Shown here piece after piece: positions 1 to 15,489 of a stretch of 64,000 bases of DNA (positions are counted from its first letter, which is position 1; the number at the start of each line of letters is the position of its first letter). The stretch lies in contig JASGJN010000017.1 of NCBI GenBank assembly GCA_049840735.1, forward strand, positions 128,001-192,000, written 5' to 3'. The position numbers were made by a program, and so were the translations under genes. The notes under the pieces are model-generated. The model was not told the DNA's origin. It saw nothing but the letters and a program-made list of their open reading frames with translations, and did not search any database. Source of the stretch: Anaeromyxobacter sp. Lineage in GTDB: Bacteria; Myxococcota; Myxococcia; Myxococcales; Anaeromyxobacteraceae.

Positions 1-955
<955 letters not shown>

Positions 956-974
956 GGATCACCCCTGGAGGCTG

Positions 975-1765
975 TCACTCCTTGCGGATCCAGTCCTTGA
1001 TCGCCTGGACCGTGGTCTCCCGGAACATCTCCGAGATCGAGGTCGTCAGGGGGATCTTCTGGGGCAGACCTCGACGCAGTTCTGGCTCTTGCCGCAGTCC
1101 TGGATGCCGCCCTCGGCGGTGAGCGCCCGCAGCCGCTCCTCCTTGTGCATCGCGCCGGTGGGGTGGTTGTTGAAGAGCCGGACCTGGTTGATGGCGGCCG
1201 CGCCGATGAACGCGCTGTTCTCGTTCACCTGCGGGCAGGCCTCCAGGCAGCACCCGCAGGTCATGCAGGTGGAGAGCGTGTACATCCACTCCTGCGCCTT
1301 GGGCGACTGCTTGGGGCCGGGGCCCAGGTCGTGGCTGCCGTCGATCGGCACCCAGGCCCGGACCTTCTTCAGCGCCTCGAACATCCGCTGGCGGTCCACC
1401 ATCAGGTCCCGGACCAGCGGGAACTTGGTCATGGGCTCGAGCACCACCGGCTGCTCCAGCTGGTCGATGAGCGCGGTGCAGGCCTGCCGGACCCGTCCGT
1501 TGATCACCATGGTGCAGGCGCCGCAGACCTCCTCCAGGCAGCTGCAGTCCCAGACCACCGGGGTGGTCCTGGTGCCGTCGGCGGTCACCGGGTTGCGCTG
1601 GATGTCCTGCAGGCAGGCGATGACGTTGGTGTTGGGCCGGTACGGCAGCCTGAACACCTCGGTGCGCGCCGGCTGCCCGGGGGCGTCCTGGCGCTTCACC
1701 TGGATCTCGATGTGGGCGGGGGCGGGCTTGGCCGCGCCGGGCTTGCCGTTCGTGTGCGTGGTCAT
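975..1765 (-). CDS. sdhB: Succinate dehydrogenase iron-sulfur subunit, apparent 1-bp frameshift near 1060
   Basis: Fe-S motifs CSCLEEVCGAC, CMTCGCCLEAC, CGKSQNCVEVCP; C-terminus KIPLTTSISEM...WIRKE continues in another frame ending at 975. Confidence 0.93.
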
Positions 1766-1778
1766 GGCGTCCTCCGTC

Positions 1779-3656
1779 CTAGTCGTAGTGCCGGGGCTCC
1801 GGCTCCAGCACGGGCGCGGGGATGTCGCGGTAGGTGATGTCCGGCCCCTTCTCCGTGTAGCGGGCCATGGTGGTCTTGCGCCACTTCTCCGTGTTGGCCT
1901 TCCACAGGGCCATGAACTCCGGGTCGTCCTTCGGGCTGCCGGTCTTGGGGCGCGGCAGCGCGAACTCGGGCTTGAAGTGCGAGCCGCGGAACTCGTCCCG
2001 CTGCAGCGCGCCCTTGGCGATGACCTTGGCCAGCTCGATCATGTTCCAGAGCTGGTTCACGAAGGCCATGGACTGGTTCATGGTCCGGCCGGTGTCGAGC
2101 ACGTTGACGTCGGCGGTGCGGGCCTGGAGCTCGTCGATCTTCTCCAGGGTGGCGCGCAGCTTCCCGTTCTCGCGCACCACCGTGCAGTTCTCGGTCATGA
2201 CGTCGCCGAGCTCGCGGGCGATGCCCCACGGGTTCTGCTTGCCGCTCATGGACTTGATCTTCTCGAAGCGGTCCTTCCAGAAGCCCAGCGCGCGGTCGAG
2301 CACCTGCTGCGGGACGGCGCCCGCGCCCTTCTGCGCGTTCTTCGAGTAGAGGGCCATGGCCGGGCCGGTGATCTGGCCGGCGTAGATGCAGGAGAGCAGC
2401 GAGTTGGCGCCCAGGCGGTTGGCGCCGTGGTACTGGTACTCGCACTCACCGGCCGCGTAGAGGCCGGGGATGTTGGTGGAGTGGTTGCGCGGCGACGGCA
2501 CGATGTTGGCGCGCCCGTCGGCCTCGTAGTCGACCCACAGGCCGCCCATCGAGTAGTGCATGCCCGGGAAGATCTCCATGGGCACGAAGCGCGGATCCAC
2601 GCCGCGGAACTTCTCGTAGATCTCCAGCACGCCGCCCAGCTTGCGCGTCAGCACGTCGGGCGGGATGTGGGTCATGTCGAGGTAGACGGCGTCGCGGCCG
2701 TCCACGCCCATCCGCATCTCGCGGCAGACCTGGAAGATCTCGCGGGTGCCGACGTCGCGGGGGACGAGGTTCCCGAACTTCGGGTAGCGCTCCTCCAGGA
2801 AGTACCAGGGCTCGCCCTTGGGCGGCATGGCCTTGCCGGTGACCGGGTCGCTGGCGCGCCCATCCGACGGCACCCACACGCGCCCGCCCTCGCCGCGCAG
2901 CGACTCGCTCATGAGGCGGAGCTTGTCGTCGCCCGGGATGGCCGAGGGGTGGACCTGGATGAACTCGCCGTTGGCGTAGACCGCGCCCTCGACGTAGGCG
3001 CGGGCCGCCGCCGACCCGGTGTTGATGACCGAGTTGGTGGAGCGGCCGAAGACCACGCCCGGGCCGCCGGTGGCGAGGCACACGGCCTCGGCCGGGAAGG
3101 CCTTGAGCTCCATGGTGCGGCAGTCCATGGCGACGATGCCGCGGCAGGCGCCGTCGTCGTCGAGGACGTTGCCCATGTACTCCCAGTACTCGTGCTTCTG
3201 GACCAGCCCCTCGACCTCGTAGCGGCGCACCTGCTCGTCCAGCGCGTAGAGCAGCTGCTGGCCGGTGGTGGCGCCGGCGAAGGCGGTGCGGTGGTGGAGC
3301 GTGCCGCCGAAGCGCCGGAAGTCGATGAACCCCTCCGGCGTCCGGTTGAAGGTCACGCCCATGCGGTCCAGCAGGTAGATGATGCCGGGGGCGGCGTGGC
3401 ACATGCCCTTGACCGGCGCCTGCTCGGCGAGGAAGTCGCCGCCCTTGAGCGTGTCCTTGACGTGGATGTCGGGGCTGTCGCCCTCGCCCTTGGTGTTCAC
3501 CGCGCCGTTGATGCCGCCCTGGGCGCAGACCGAGTGCGAGCGCTTGACCGGGACGATCGAGAAGACGTCGACGTGCTTGCCCGCCTCGGCGAGCTTGATG
3601 ACGGTCATCAGGCCGGCGAGCCCGCCGCCGACGACGATGTAGCGACCTTCAGCCAT
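1779..3656 (-). CDS. sdhA: Succinate dehydrogenase flavoprotein subunit
   Basis: GGGLAG FAD motif, RSHSVCAQGGIN covalent-FAD motif, HYSMGG, HGANRLGANSL. Confidence 0.96.
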   Translation of the reverse strand: MAEGRYIVVGGGLAGLMTVIKLAEAGKHVDVFSIVPVKRSHSVCAQGGINGAVNTKGEGDSPDIHVKDTLKGGDFLAEQAPVKGMCHAAPGIIYLLDRMGVTFNRTPEGFIDFRRFGGTLHHRTAFAGATTGQQLLYALDEQVRRYEVEGLVQKHEYWEYMGNVLDDDGACRGIVAMDCRTMELKAFPAEAVCLATGGPGVVFGRSTNSVINTGSAAARAYVEGAVYANGEFIQVHPSAIPGDDKLRLMSESLRGEGGRVWVPSDGRASDPVTGKAMPPKGEPWYFLEERYPKFGNLVPRDVGTREIFQVCREMRMGVDGRDAVYLDMTHIPPDVLTRKLGGVLEIYEKFRGVDPRFVPMEIFPGMHYSMGGLWVDYEADGRANIVPSPRNHSTNIPGLYAAGECEYQYHGANRLGANSLLSCIYAGQITGPAMALYSKNAQKGAGAVPQQVLDRALGFWKDRFEKIKSMSGKQNPWGIARELGDVMTENCTVVRENGKLRATLEKIDELQARTADVNVLDTGRTMNQSMAFVNQLWNMIELAKVIAKGALQRDEFRGSHFKPEFALPRPKTGSPKDDPEFMALWKANTEKWRKTTMARYTEKGPDITYRDIPAPVLEPEPRHYD

Positions 3657-3674
3657 GGTGTGCGGCTCCGGGGG

Positions 3675-4391
3675 CTAGTGGGGGAGGACGGCGCGCAGCG
3701 TGTCCGCCGTGGCGTGGACGTGGACCATGAAGACGGTCGCGATCACGGCGGCGGCGAGGACCACGAAGACGATCAGGCCCAGCGTCTCGACGCGCTGCTG
3801 GGCCTTGCGCCCGACGGCGAGCCCCCAGGAGTACGCGAAGCCGAACAGGCCGTTGCCGAAGTGGAAGGCCGCGGCGATGCCGCCCACCAGGTAGAAGAGC
3901 GTCGAGCCGATGGGCGTGATGGCCCGGGCCACCTGCCCGAAGGTCGTCAGCGAGGCCTCGTCGGGGCGGGCCAGCGCCAGCGCGCCGTCCGGCATGATGC
4001 GCAGCTGCCAGACGTGGAACGCCATGTACGCGAAGGCGATGAGGCCGCTCCAGCGCTGCGCCGTGTACATCCAGTTGCGCAGGTAGCCGTAGCTGCCGGT
4101 GTTGGACTCGCCCTGGTACCAGATCCAGAAGCCGTACAGCGCGTGGAAGAGGATGGGCACCGCCAGGAGCCCGACCTCGATGGCGTAGAAGAGCGGCCGG
4201 GGCGCGATGTCCCAGAGGTGCCGGATTGACGTCTCGTAGGCCGCCGGGGACGTCCAGAGCTTGGTGTTCTCGAACAGGTGGAAGAGCAGGAACGCGCCCA
4301 CCGGGACGATGCCGGTCAGCGAGTGCAGCTTCCGGAGGAGGAACGAACGGTCGCTCGCAGGTGCGGCGGCGACGGCGGCGGACTCGGACAT
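3675..4391 (-). CDS. sdhC: Succinate dehydrogenase cytochrome b558 subunit
   Basis: LRKLHSLTGIVP, multiple TM helices with His residues, QRWSG; directly upstream of sdhA. Confidence 0.9.
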   Translation of the reverse strand: MSESAAVAAAPASDRSFLLRKLHSLTGIVPVGAFLLFHLFENTKLWTSPAAYETSIRHLWDIAPRPLFYAIEVGLLAVPILFHALYGFWIWYQGESNTGSYGYLRNWMYTAQRWSGLIAFAYMAFHVWQLRIMPDGALALARPDEASLTTFGQVARAITPIGSTLFYLVGGIAAAFHFGNGLFGFAYSWGLAVGRKAQQRVETLGLIVFVVLAAAVIATVFMVHVHATADTLRAVLPH

Positions 4392-4461
4392 CGCGTCTCC
4401 CGGTTAGACGAGGGCCGGCCCTGCCCCAGGGCGGGGCGGGCCGGCCCGGAAACCTACTACA

Positions 4462-6765
<2,304 letters not shown>

Positions 6766-6902
6766 CTCGAACCTCGCGCGCAGAGAGGGGGGGAAGAGAG
6801 CACGGCTCTTACCACTGCCGCGCCGTGGCGTAAATCAAATCCCTGGGGCCAAGAGCCCGGATTCCGGGCACATATCTGCCAGGGCAGCGGGCCGGCGGCA
6901 GG

Positions 6903-7592
6903 TCAGGCGCCACCGCCTCGCCCCGGGGACGGCCGGAGCTCCGCATAACTGGTCAGGATGGTTCCGGAAGCGGCCAGCGCGGCGCGGGCGCGGGGGTCGC
7001 AGAGCGCGGCGAGCTCGGCCTCGCGCTCCACGCCGAAGGAGGTCCGGGCGTGGCTGGGGCGGTAGCCGGGGTGGGCCATCAGCTCGGTCACCCCGTCCTC
7101 CAGCGACGCCAGGGCGGCGAGGAGCCCCTCCGCGGTCCAGGCCGGCCGCCGGTCGGCGTCGCCCAGGAAGCGATCGGCGGTGGGGACCCCCTCGGCGCGC
7201 AGCCGCGCCCGCAGCGCGGCGTCCATGGCCCGCACCGGCAGGCCCGCCTCGCGGGCCACACGGATCACCGCCGGCAGCGCCTCGGGGCGGGCGTGGCGGT
7301 GCTTGTGGCCGTCGAGGTGGGTGGGCGCGGCGCCGCGCAGGGCCTGGAAGCGGTCCAGCTGCCGGCGGATCGCCCCCTCGAGCGCGGCCCCGCCCAGCCC
7401 CTCCTCCAGCACCAGGTGCAGCCCCAGCCCCAGCGTCCGGGGCGCGTCGCGCATGGCGACGGCCGCGAACGGGGTCTCCACCATGGCGGTGGCGCTGGTG
7501 ACGATCCCGCGGGCGTGCGCCTCCAGGATGCCGCGGTCGATCGCCGGGTCGTACCCGAGGTCGTCCGCGTTCACGATCAGTCGGCGAGGCAT
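6903..7592 (-). CDS. ChbG/YdjC-family carbohydrate deacetylase
   Basis: LIVNADDLG, GLHL, PTHLDGHKH and ELMAHPG motifs. Confidence 0.85.
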   Translation of the reverse strand: MPRRLIVNADDLGYDPAIDRGILEAHARGIVTSATAMVETPFAAVAMRDAPRTLGLGLHLVLEEGLGGAALEGAIRRQLDRFQALRGAAPTHLDGHKHRHARPEALPAVIRVAREAGLPVRAMDAALRARLRAEGVPTADRFLGDADRRPAWTAEGLLAALASLEDGVTELMAHPGYRPSHARTSFGVEREAELAALCDPRARAALAASGTILTSYAELRPSPGRGGGA

Positions 7593-7650
7593 GGCGGGGC
7601 GCCGGCGAGCCGGCGGCCGAGGTATCGCGCCTCGGCCACCGGCGGTCAAG

Positions 7651-8784
7651 TCAGTGGACGTGCGGCGAATCGGGCTGCGCGTCCGTGTCCGCCGCCGCGA
7701 TGGCCGGCGGCGTCCGCGGGAGGCGGGCGGTGAAGACGGAGCCGGCCCCCGGCTGGCTGTCCACGCCCAGCGAGCCGCCGTGCCGCTCCACGATCTGCCG
7801 CGCGATGTAGAGCCCCAGCCCGAAGCCGCCGAAGTGGTCCACCGGCACCGCCCGCTCGAACCGCTCGAAGACGCGGGCCTGGTGCTCCTCGGCGATGCCG
7901 ATCCCCAGGTCGCGCACCACCACCAGCGCGTGATCCCCGTCGGCCGCCACCTCCAGCGTGATGGGCTTCCCCTCCCCGAACTTGGCGGCGTTGACGAGCA
8001 GGTTGGTGATCACCTGCCCCAGCCGGATCCGGTCGAACAGCCCCGGCACCGGCATGAGCCCCAGCCGCAGCTCCGACCCGGCCCGCCGCAGCTCCCCCTC
8101 GGCGTGCTGCGCCGACTCGCGGGCCACCTCGGCCAGGTCCACCGGCTCCCGGCGCAGCTCCAGGTGCCCCAGCCGCATGCGGGACACGTCCAGCAGCTCG
8201 TTGACCAGCTCGGCGATGCGCCGCGTCTGCCGGCCGAGCAGGTCCACCTTGTGCTCCAGCTGCCCCGGCAGCGCCGGGGCGGCGCGCTGGGCGCCGCGCA
8301 GGAGGAGCTGCAGCTGCAGCTGCAGCGCGGTGATGGGGGTGCGCAGCTCGTGGGAGGCGATGGAGAGGAACTCGTCCCGCTCGCGCACCTCCTCCTGCGC
8401 GCGCCGCGTGAGGCGCGCCTGCGCCTCGACCTTGCGCCGCTCGGTCACGTCGCGGACGGCCGCCACGGTGCAGGGGCGCCCGTCCACCCGCAGGGGCGCC
8501 AGGCTGATCTCGGCCGGGAACTCGGAGCCGTCCTGGCGCAGCCCGGACAGCTCCAGCCCCAGCCCCATGGGCCGGCGGCGCGGCGCGCCCTGGTAGCCGG
8601 AGCGGTGCACCTGGTGCATGGCCCTGAAGCGAGCGGGCAGCAGCACCTCCACCGGCCGCCCGAGCAGCCGCTCGCGCGGGTAGCCGAACAGCGCCTCGCC
8701 GCTCTCGTTCACGTACAGGATGGTCCCCGCCTCGTCGGCGATGACCAGGGCGTCGGGCATCGCCTCGAGGATCGCGAAGTCCAC
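7651..8784 (-). CDS. PAS-domain sensor histidine kinase
   Basis: PAS region (EAMPDAL...RQDGSEFPAEISL), H-box SHELRTP, N-box NLLVNAAKF, DLGIGI, GFGLGL; GTG start inferred. Confidence 0.9.
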   Translation of the reverse strand: MDFAILEAMPDALVIADEAGTILYVNESGEALFGYPRERLLGRPVEVLLPARFRAMHQVHRSGYQGAPRRRPMGLGLELSGLRQDGSEFPAEISLAPLRVDGRPCTVAAVRDVTERRKVEAQARLTRRAQEEVRERDEFLSIASHELRTPITALQLQLQLLLRGAQRAAPALPGQLEHKVDLLGRQTRRIAELVNELLDVSRMRLGHLELRREPVDLAEVARESAQHAEGELRRAGSELRLGLMPVPGLFDRIRLGQVITNLLVNAAKFGEGKPITLEVAADGDHALVVVRDLGIGIAEEHQARVFERFERAVPVDHFGGFGLGLYIARQIVERHGGSLGVDSQPGAGSVFTARLPRTPPAIAAADTDAQPDSPHVH

Positions 8785-8880
8785 TCCTGCAAGCTGGGGC
8801 CCCGCCACCGGACGGGGAAGGACGGCGCGGCCGGCCTGGCGCCCGCTGCGCGCCGCGCGGAGGCGGCCCCAGATTGGAGC

Positions 8881-9435
8881 ATGCTCCGCGCCCTCCCCGC
8901 CGCCGCCGGCACCCTGGCCCTGCCGCTGGCGCTGGCGGCGGCGCTGGGCGGCCTGGTGGTGCGCGCCAGCGCCGGCCCACCGCCGGAGGGGCGCGTCGAG
9001 CTGGAGGTGGCGGGCGTGCTGCCGCTGCCGGAGGGGCAGAGCTGCATCCTGGTCCTGCGCGAGCGCGGGCGCTCCACGCTCCTGCCGCTGGTCCTGGCGC
9101 GGCAGGACCCGGAGGAGCTGCGGGATCAGCTGAGGGGCCACGCGCCCCAGGGGCTGGCCGTCGAGGCGCTGCTGCGACTGGGGGCCAAGGTGCAGGAGGT
9201 GGAGCTCGCCAGCGCCGACGACTCGCGCGACGGCGCCCGCGTGCGCCTGGCGCAGGGCGGGCGGCACGTGGACGTGCGTGCCCGGCCCGGCGAGTCGGTG
9301 CTGCTGGCGGTGGCGGCCGGGGCGCCCATCGTCACCACGCGCCGCCTGCTGCTCGAGTCCGGCCTGGAGCCGGAGGACCTGCACAAGGCCAAGCAGAAGC
9401 TGGACGGGCCGGAGCGGGAGCCGGTGAAGCTGTAG
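8881..9435 (+). CDS. Bifunctional nuclease (DUF151)-like protein with a hydrophobic N-terminus
   Basis: VELEVAGV...ILVLRE...LLPLV and RARPGESVLLAVAAGAPI resemble the DUF151 pattern; family call from memory. Confidence 0.6.
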   Translation: MLRALPAAAGTLALPLALAAALGGLVVRASAGPPPEGRVELEVAGVLPLPEGQSCILVLRERGRSTLLPLVLARQDPEELRDQLRGHAPQGLAVEALLRLGAKVQEVELASADDSRDGARVRLAQGGRHVDVRARPGESVLLAVAAGAPIVTTRRLLLESGLEPEDLHKAKQKLDGPEREPVKL

Positions 9436-9467
9436 GCCCGAGGGCCGGCCGGCGCGCCGGCCCCCGG

Positions 9468-12143
9468 TCACGGCCGCGCCAGGGCAGGCCGCGGGCCGCG
9501 GCGCGACCAGCGCCTCACCCCCTCGAGCACCGGCGCCATGGTCAGCGCGGCCCCCCAGGCGATGCCCCAGCCGGACGCCGTCAGGGCGACGGTGCCGAAG
9601 GCGCGGTGCAGGGCCGGGAGGTGGACGACCAGGAGGAGCAGCGCCAGCTCCCACGCCACCGCCAGGTCCAGCCAGCGGTTCGCCAGGGGCCGCCGCAGGA
9701 TGGAGCGGCTCTCCGCGCGGAAGCAGAACGCGTTGACGAACTGGATCAGCACCAGCGTGACGAAGCAGAGCGTCATCGCCTCCGCCGTCCCGCGCCCGGC
9801 GCCGATGGCCCAGGCGAAGACGGCGAGGTTGGCCAGCGCGGACCAGGCGCCGCCGGCCAGGATCGCCGCCACCACCGGCCGGGTGAAGATCCCGGCCCGG
9901 GCGTCCCGGGGCGGCTGCTGCATCAGGTCCTCGTCGGGCGGGTCGAGCGCCAGGGCCAGCGCCGGGAGCCCATCCGTCGCCAGGTTCACGTACAGGATCT
10001 GGACCGCCGAGAGCGGCAGCGGCAGGCCCGCCACGGCCGCGCCCGCCATGAGCCCCATCTCGCCGGCGTTCGAGGCCAGCAGGTAGGTCAGGTACTTCCT
10101 GACGTTGGCGAAGATGCGGCGGCCCTCCTCGACCGCGCCGACGATCGAGGCGAAGCTGTCGTCGGTGAGCGTCATCCCGGCCGCCTCCTTGCTGACGTCG
10201 GTGCCGGTCAGCCCCATGGCGATGCCCAGGTCCGCCTTCTTCAGCGCCGGCGCGTCGTTGACCCCGTCCCCGGTCATCGCGACCACGTGGCCGAGCCGCT
10301 GGTAGGCCGAGACGATCCGGAGCTTGTCGGCGGGCGAGACGCGCGCGAAGACGCCGATGCCGGGCGCGCGCCGCTCCAGCTCCTCCTCCGTGCACCGCGC
10401 CAGCTCGGGCCCCGTGACCACCTCGCCGCCCCCGAGCCCGAGCTCGGCCGCGATGGCGCGCGCGGTGAGGGGGTGGTCCCCCGTGATCATGACGACCTTC
10501 ACCCCGGCGTCGGCGCAGCGCCTGAGCGCGGCGGCCGCGTCCGGGCGCGGTGGATCGAGCAGCCCGGCCAGCCCGAGCAGCGTCAGGTCCCGCTCCGCCC
10601 CCTCGGCCCGCGCGGTCTCCTTGCGCGCCACCGCCAGCACCCGCAGCGCCCCGCGCGCCCAAGCCTCCACCAGCCCCTGCAGCCGGGCCCGCTCGTCCAT
10701 GTCCAGCGCGCGATCCCCGTCCGCACCCGCCACGCGCGCACACGCCGGCAGCACCACCTCGGGCGCCCCCTTCACGAACGCCACCGTCGGCCCGCCCAGG
10801 CGGTGGAGCGTGGTCATCCGCTTGGTCTCGGGGGTGAACGGGAGCTCGCCGAGGCGGGGGTGGCGCCGGTCGAGCGCCGCCTTCTCCGCCAGGCCGGCCT
10901 TCCGGGCCGCCACCAGCAGCGCGCCCTCGGTCGGATCGCCGCGCACCGCCCACCCCTCGCCCGGCGTGTGCGTGAGCTGCGCGTCCGAGGCGAGCGAGGC
11001 GGCGAGCAGGAGCTCCCGCACGGTCGTCCCCGGCGCGACGGCCCGCCCCTCCAGCTGCAGCTCGCCGGACGGGTCGTAGCCCGCCCCCGTGACGGTCACC
11101 GTCTCGCCGCCCGCGTGGAGCAGGCGCACCGTCATCTGGTCCTTCGTCAGCGTGCCGGTCTTGTCGGTGCAGATCACGCTGGTGCTGCCCAGCGTCTCGG
11201 CGGCGGCGAGCCGGCGCACCAGCGCGTTCCGGCGCACCAGGCGCTGGACCCCCATCGCGAGCGAGATGGTGATCACCGCCGGGAGCGCCTCCGGGACCAC
11301 CGCCACGGCCAGCGCGATCCCGAACACCAGCATCTCGACCAGCGGCTGCCCCCGCGCGAGCCCCAGCAGCACGACCACCGCCACGATCAGCACCGCGCCG
11401 CGCGCCAGGATCCTGCCCACCCGGTCCAGGCTCGCCTGGAGCGGCGTCCGGCTCCCCTCGACCGAGGCCAGGAGCTGCGCGACGTGCCCGAACTCGGTCG
11501 CCATCCCGGTGGCCACCACGACCGCCCGGCCGCGCCCGTGCGTGATGGCCGTGCCGCCGTGGACCGTGTTCAGGCGATCCGGGACCGGGACCTCGGCGTC
11601 GGGCAGGTCCCCCACCCGCTTCTCCACCGGGACCGACTCCCCCGTGAGCGGCGCCTCATCGGCCTGGAGGCTCACTGCCTCGAGCAGGCGCGCGTCGGCG
11701 GGCACCTTGTCGCCCGCGCGCAGGAGGACGACATCGCCGGGCACGACCTCCCGGGCCGCGATCCTCGCCTCCGCGCCGCCGCGGAGCACCGTCGCCTCCG
11801 GCGCGGCCATCCGCCGGAGCGCCTCGAGGGCGTGCTCGGCCCGGTACTCCTGCGCGAACCCGAGCCCCACCGCGAAGGCGACGATAACGGCGATCGCGGT
11901 CGCCTCCACCCCGTGCCCGACCGCCGCCGAGAGCGCGATCGCGACCAGCAGGACCAGGACCAGCGTGTTGCGCAGCTGCGCTCCGAGCAGCGCCAGGGCC
12001 CCGGCGCGCCTGGCTCGCGCCAGCTCGTTCGGCCCGTCGTGCGCGAGCCGCCGCGCGGCCTCCGCCGCGGTCAGCCCGTCGGCCCGCGAGTCCAGCGCCG
12101 CCAGGACCTCGTCGAGCGGCAGCGCGTGCCAGCGAGGAGCCAT
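9468..12143 (-). CDS. Cation-transporting P-type ATPase (type IIA, Ca2+-like)
   Basis: LTGES, PEALP, DKTGTLT, KGAPE, MTGDGVNDAPALK, NLATDGLPA. Confidence 0.95.
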   Translation of the reverse strand: MAPRWHALPLDEVLAALDSRADGLTAAEAARRLAHDGPNELARARRAGALALLGAQLRNTLVLVLLVAIALSAAVGHGVEATAIAVIVAFAVGLGFAQEYRAEHALEALRRMAAPEATVLRGGAEARIAAREVVPGDVVLLRAGDKVPADARLLEAVSLQADEAPLTGESVPVEKRVGDLPDAEVPVPDRLNTVHGGTAITHGRGRAVVVATGMATEFGHVAQLLASVEGSRTPLQASLDRVGRILARGAVLIVAVVVLLGLARGQPLVEMLVFGIALAVAVVPEALPAVITISLAMGVQRLVRRNALVRRLAAAETLGSTSVICTDKTGTLTKDQMTVRLLHAGGETVTVTGAGYDPSGELQLEGRAVAPGTTVRELLLAASLASDAQLTHTPGEGWAVRGDPTEGALLVAARKAGLAEKAALDRRHPRLGELPFTPETKRMTTLHRLGGPTVAFVKGAPEVVLPACARVAGADGDRALDMDERARLQGLVEAWARGALRVLAVARKETARAEGAERDLTLLGLAGLLDPPRPDAAAALRRCADAGVKVVMITGDHPLTARAIAAELGLGGGEVVTGPELARCTEEELERRAPGIGVFARVSPADKLRIVSAYQRLGHVVAMTGDGVNDAPALKKADLGIAMGLTGTDVSKEAAGMTLTDDSFASIVGAVEEGRRIFANVRKYLTYLLASNAGEMGLMAGAAVAGLPLPLSAVQILYVNLATDGLPALALALDPPDEDLMQQPPRDARAGIFTRPVVAAILAGGAWSALANLAVFAWAIGAGRGTAEAMTLCFVTLVLIQFVNAFCFRAESRSILRRPLANRWLDLAVAWELALLLLVVHLPALHRAFGTVALTASGWGIAWGAALTMAPVLEGVRRWSRRGPRPALARP

Positions 12144-12342
12144 GACTCCCTCCGGCCATCCGGACGAGAGCGCCTCCCGCCCGCGGCACCGCCGCGGCGC
12201 GGGACCTCCGGCTGCGAGGATACCGCGGCCGGTGGGCTGCGCGGCGTCACGGACGAGCGGGCAGGACCGGCAGGACCCGCCTGCCCGGCGTCCGCCCGGC
12301 TCGGGCTGGGCCGGCTGGCCGGCGGGACGCCCCCGCGAAGCC

Positions 12343-13049
12343 CTAGTCCGCGGGCGTGCCGCCGCCGGGAGGCGGGGTCAGCCGCGGCGTGATGGCCGCG
12401 CGCTGGGCCTCGCCGGCGAAGTCGTAGATCGACTCGAGCCGGACGTTCCGGTAGCGCTCCATCTTGAAGGCCATGCGCGAGAGCAGCGCCAGGAAGGAGC
12501 CCACGTCGGGCAGGTTGCCCTTGCCGGCCGCCTTCTTGAGCCGCTTCACCTCGGCCAGGATGGCCTTGCGCGCCTCCCGGGGGTGGTACAGGAACGCCCC
12601 GGAGAAGAAGACGTAGGTGCCGAAGGGGAGCAGCCGGGCCTCCAGCACGTCCCCCTTCTCCAGCCCCAGCACCGCGCGCCGCTCGGTGACGTCGTGGTCA
12701 CCGCCGGTGAACAGGTCGCGCAGGCGGACCTTGCCGTCGGAGATCTTCCGGACCTCGAACAGGCCGTGGACGTTGCCGGCCAGGCCGCGGTAGGCGGCCA
12801 GGTCGTCCGGCTCCAGCCCCGCGCCCTCGGCCTCGATGAACCGCTCGATGGTCCGCTGGGCGCCCTCGGGCGGCCGCCAGTCGTACAGGTAGAAGTCCAG
12901 CATCCCGTTGACGCGGACCTCGTAGCTGCGATCCTCCTCGTGAGGCTCGCCGTAGGCCGCGAAGTGCTCGCGCCGCGCGGCCAGGAGGTCGTCCTTGCGC
13001 GGCTCGGCCGTGGCCCACGAGAGCAGCCTCTCGTGGAGCTGCTGCAGGT

Positions 13050-13053
<4 letters not shown>
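12343..13053 (-). CDS. Hypothetical protein translationally coupled to carA
   Basis: MNLQQLHERLL... has protein-like composition; its ATG overlaps the carA stop (ATGA). Confidence 0.75.
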
Positions 13054-14164
<1,111 letters not shown>

Positions 14165-14168
<4 letters not shown>

Positions 14169-15466
14169 CGATCTGCCCTGCCCTCCTCGTGGACCACGCG
14201 TCCGTCCACGATCGTGTGGGTGCAACGTCCGACGAGCCGCTTTCCCTTCCACGGCGTGTTCCTGCTCTTCGAGTGGAGCCGCGCCGGATCGACCACCCAC
14301 TCCGCGCCCGGGTCCAGGATGGCCACGTCCGCCGGCGCACCGCGCGCCAGCGTGCCGCCCGGCAGCCCGAAGGTGCGGGCCGGCCCTGCGGTGAGCGCCT
14401 CGACCAGCCGGCGCTCGGCCAGTCGCCCGCTGCGCACCAGCGCCAGGCAGACCGGGAAGGCCGTCTCCAGGCCGATGATGCCGTTGGCGGCCGCGTCGAA
14501 CTCGACGTCCTTCTCCACGGCCGAGTGCGGCGCGTGGTCGGTGGCGATGGCGTCGATGGTGCCGTCGGCCAGCCCCTCGATGCAGGCGGCCACGTCCTCG
14601 GCCGAGCGCAGCGGGGGGCTCATCTTGTAGTCGGTGGAGTAGCCCGCCGCGGCCAGATCCTCGTCGGTGAGGGCCAGGTGGTGCGGCGTCACCTCCGCGG
14701 TGACGTGGAGCCCGCGCCGGCGCGCCTCGCGCACCGCGCGCACCGCGCCGCGGGTGGAGAGGTGGGCCACGTGCAGGCGGCCGCCGGTCAGCTCGGCCAG
14801 CGCCAGGTCGCGGACCACCATCACGTCCTCGGCCTGGCCTGGGATGCCGCGCAGGCCCAGGCGCGTCGAGACCGCCCCCTCGTGCATGACGCCCTTGCCG
14901 GCCAGCGCCAGGTCCTCCTCGTGGACCGTGAGCGGCAGGCCGAAGGCCCGGGCGTACTCCAGCGCGCGCCGCATCAGGGCGGGCGACATGACCGGCTTGC
15001 CGTCGTCGGAGAGCGCGACGCAGCCGGCCGCCTTGAGCTCGCCGTACTCGGCCAGCTCCTCGCCGGCCGAGCCGCGCGAGATGGCGCCCACCGGGTAGAC
15101 GCGCGCCAGGCCGGCGGCGGCGGCCCGGGCCAGCATCAGCTCGGTCACGGCCGCGTTGTCGTTGACCGGCCTGGTGTTGGGCATGGGGCACACGGCGGTG
15201 AACCCGCCCGCCACCGCGGCCCTCGCGCCGGTGGCGACCGTCTCCTTGTACTCCTGCCCCGGCTCGCGCAGGTGCACGTGCAGGTCGATGAAGCCCGGCG
15301 TCACCCAGCGCCCGCGGGCGTCGATGGACCGGGCCTCGCGCGGGCGCTCCACCCGCTCCGCCACCTCGGCCACCCGCCCGTCGCGGATCACGACCGTCCG
15401 GACCGCGTCGGTGCCGGTGGCCGGGTCGATCACCCGGCCCCCCTCGATGAAGAGCAGCTCGGCCAT
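14165..15466 (-). CDS. pyrC: Dihydroorotase
   Basis: PGFIDLHVHLREPG, MPNT, ATDHAPH, SRNTPW. Confidence 0.95.
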
Positions 15467-15489
15467 GGGCTCGCCTCCCTCGGTCCGCT

